Assembly (NCBI GenBank): GCA_002269645.1
Contig: NIVC01000452.1
Location: forward strand, 248,001 to 312,000
Reading direction: 5' to 3'
Source: Macrostomum lignano
Taxonomy: Eukaryota
DNA: 64,000 bases
The translations under genes were made by a program, and so were the position numbers. Below the pieces are notes generated by a model that was not told the DNA's origin, made no database searches, and worked only from the letters and a program-made list of their open reading frames with translations. This document shows, piece by piece, positions 62,205 to 64,000 of the stretch; positions within the stretch are counted from its first letter, which is position 1, and each line of letters starts with the position of its first letter.

Positions 62205-63041
62205 GGACCAGATGAAGATTTCTTCAATGGTAGAATCAGACCCGCTGGCGGAGGCGGCGGCGGTGGTGGAGGCGGCGGTGGTGGAGGCGGCGGCGGTGGT
62301 GGAGGCGGCGGCGGAGCAGACTGAATAGTCGGTGGCGAAGGAGATCCAGCAGCTGCAGCAGCTACCGGAGACAAAGGAGAAGACGACTGCGGAGGCGGCG
62401 GCGGAGGCGGAGGCGGCGCTGGGCGACTCTGAGTCGGCGATGCCTGCGAAGTCGACTGCTGCAAAGCCTCTTCTTCAGTGGTTTGCGATGGTGACGCATC
62501 CGGTTTCGGGTTCTCCGACTGAGCAACCGGGGGCGGAGACGAAGGCGGAGGCGGTGGCGGAGGCGGAGGAGCGACTGGCTTGACGGTAACAGCTGCCACC
62601 GTTGCCGCCGCAGCGGCCGGTGCAACCACCGCAGAAGTTGCCGGCGGCGACACTTTGTCGACATCCGCTCCAGCTGTCGTTTGCCGGCCAAACGAGAATT
62701 CGGCCGGCGGCGACGGTGGTGGAGCGGAGTCGACCTCGGCCGCCTCTTTTTCATCATCCGCCTGATCCTCGCCGTCAGAGTAGTCTGCTGGCGGATCATC
62801 GACCTCACCGCCGCTGCCGCCGTCACCCAGCACGCTGACTCGGCCCTGGATGGCCAAGCCCGCCGGCAGCAGTTTCGCGGTCTCCGGCCGCGTCACAAGC
62901 AGATTGGAGCCCGGATGATCCTGGACAAACTCGGCCGATTGGCTATAGATGTCCGGGGCTGGAGCCGGAGATGCGGCAGCCACGGCTGGAGCGGCTTGAG
63001 GTGGCGGCGGCGGCGGCGGACGCTTCGGTGGCTGGTGGATT

Positions 63042-63074
<33 letters not shown>

Positions 63075-63198
63075 TGTTGCTGCTGCTGCTGAGGAGAAGA
63101 AAAAGTTGACACTGCAGAAGCGGCTGGCGAAACGGAGGTTGCGCAGCTGCCATTGGTCTTTGCCGCGGACTTAACCGGCTCCTTATAGTCGGTACGGT
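61769..63198 (-). CDS. Terminal exon of a Pro/Gln-rich protein (upstream exons not identified, probably beyond the window)
   Basis: The frame of ORF 61769-63112 stays open upstream to the acceptor ctctctctccattcaccgacag| at 63199 (phase 1). Contains poly-Pro and poly-Gln tracts and charged helices YERELKALIAKRRERLE and RAEELRQEILKQK. Confidence 0.75.
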
Positions 63199-63689
63199 CT
63201 GTCGGTGAATGGAGAGAGAGAGTGTGTACAATTTTCCAAAATTAAGACACAGAGCTTCAATGCAATCAATTAAACCTGCCGAAACCAATTGATTTCCCAG
63301 ACAAAATTTCAAAAATATACCGCTAGGCAACTAAGATAGATAAAGTGCAGTGTTTTGAAAAAAATTATAATACAGGCTTGAGAGTTTACTGCAGTTTTTT
63401 TTAAAATAACCCAATTAAGCAGACTTAAGAGATAATAAACGTACAACCTTTTCTTTTCTTTGCCGGTAAAATAGACTAACTAGATGTCACACGCAAAATG
63501 CGTTCGTCTACTTTTTAGTAGCATAAATAAGCGTTTTGCCTTATTATCTAAGAATAAGTAAAAGCACGACAGAAGTTTGCAGGAAAAATTGAAGAACCCA
63601 AATCCAGTGCGTGTGCATAGCGAGCAAGATAGAAAACGGGTGGCGTTCCAGCCCTCAGCCAAAACAGTTAGGCTCTCCTCTTGCCCGCT

Positions 63690-64000
63690 CGTGTCTGACT
63701 CTGACTCTCTCCTTACTGCTCTCTCATTGGCTGAGCTAGATTGGACCTGCTCCCCCCCTAGGCTGAAGTTTTGTTCGTCCGACTTTGCCCTCTCTCCTTA
63801 CTGCTCTCTCATTGGCTGAGCTAGATTGGGCCTGCTCCCCCCTAGGCTGAAGTTTTGTTCGTCCGACTTTGCCCTCTCTCCTACTACTCTCTTATTGGCT
63901 GAGCTAGATTGGGCCTGCCCTCTAGGCTAGTTTCGGCCGACTGACTCTGACTCGGCCCTCTCTCCTTACTGCTCTCTCATTGGCTAAGCAAGGCCGCAAA
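63690..64000. repeat. ~85-bp tandem repeat containing attggctgagctagattgg (CCAAT on the minus strand)
   Basis: About 3 diverged units, running to the window end. Confidence 0.8.

Noticed and set aside
62893-63330. Alternative minus-strand ORF with ATG at 63153 as the start of the Pro-rich gene
   Set aside because: The main Pro-rich frame stays open further upstream to a good acceptor at 63199, so an internal exon explains it better.

Overview
This window is eukaryotic (metazoan) genomic DNA: GC-rich, Ala-rich exons with GT-AG introns, AT-rich intergenic DNA and many minisatellites. The style resembles a free-living flatworm such as Macrostomum, but that is an inference and unverified. Genes reconstructed by hand: a single-peptide amidated neuropeptide precursor (4426-4728); two tandem paralogous type I membrane proteins (TSP1-like ectodomain, TM, PPPSYEEAI tail; 9914-12236 and 13147-16059); an intronless 4-TM MS4A/CD20-like gene; a 5-exon CASP golgin (CUX1/CASP/COY1 family, 24251-30079); a 4-exon Cys-rich THAP-like/ZAD-like gene on the minus strand; a possible 56-aa microprotein; nischarin (52292-58785) with a ~45x11-aa in-frame repeat and three -1 frameshifts; tRNA-Arg(ACG); and the last exon of a proline-rich gene. 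Mobile DNA: an intact DD37D (maT) Tc1/mariner element, three hAT-type non-autonomous elements with 8-bp TSDs, a 4.4-kb TIR element with a FLYWCH-like remnant, a decayed APE-RT LINE and tRNA-derived SINE copies. Most long ORFs in the track are artefacts of tandem repeats. There is no CRISPR array or prokaryotic system. The most notable themes are minisatellites filling most introns (some seeded from a gene end or built from splice-donor motifs), the receptor-like paralog pair, and the neuropeptide.
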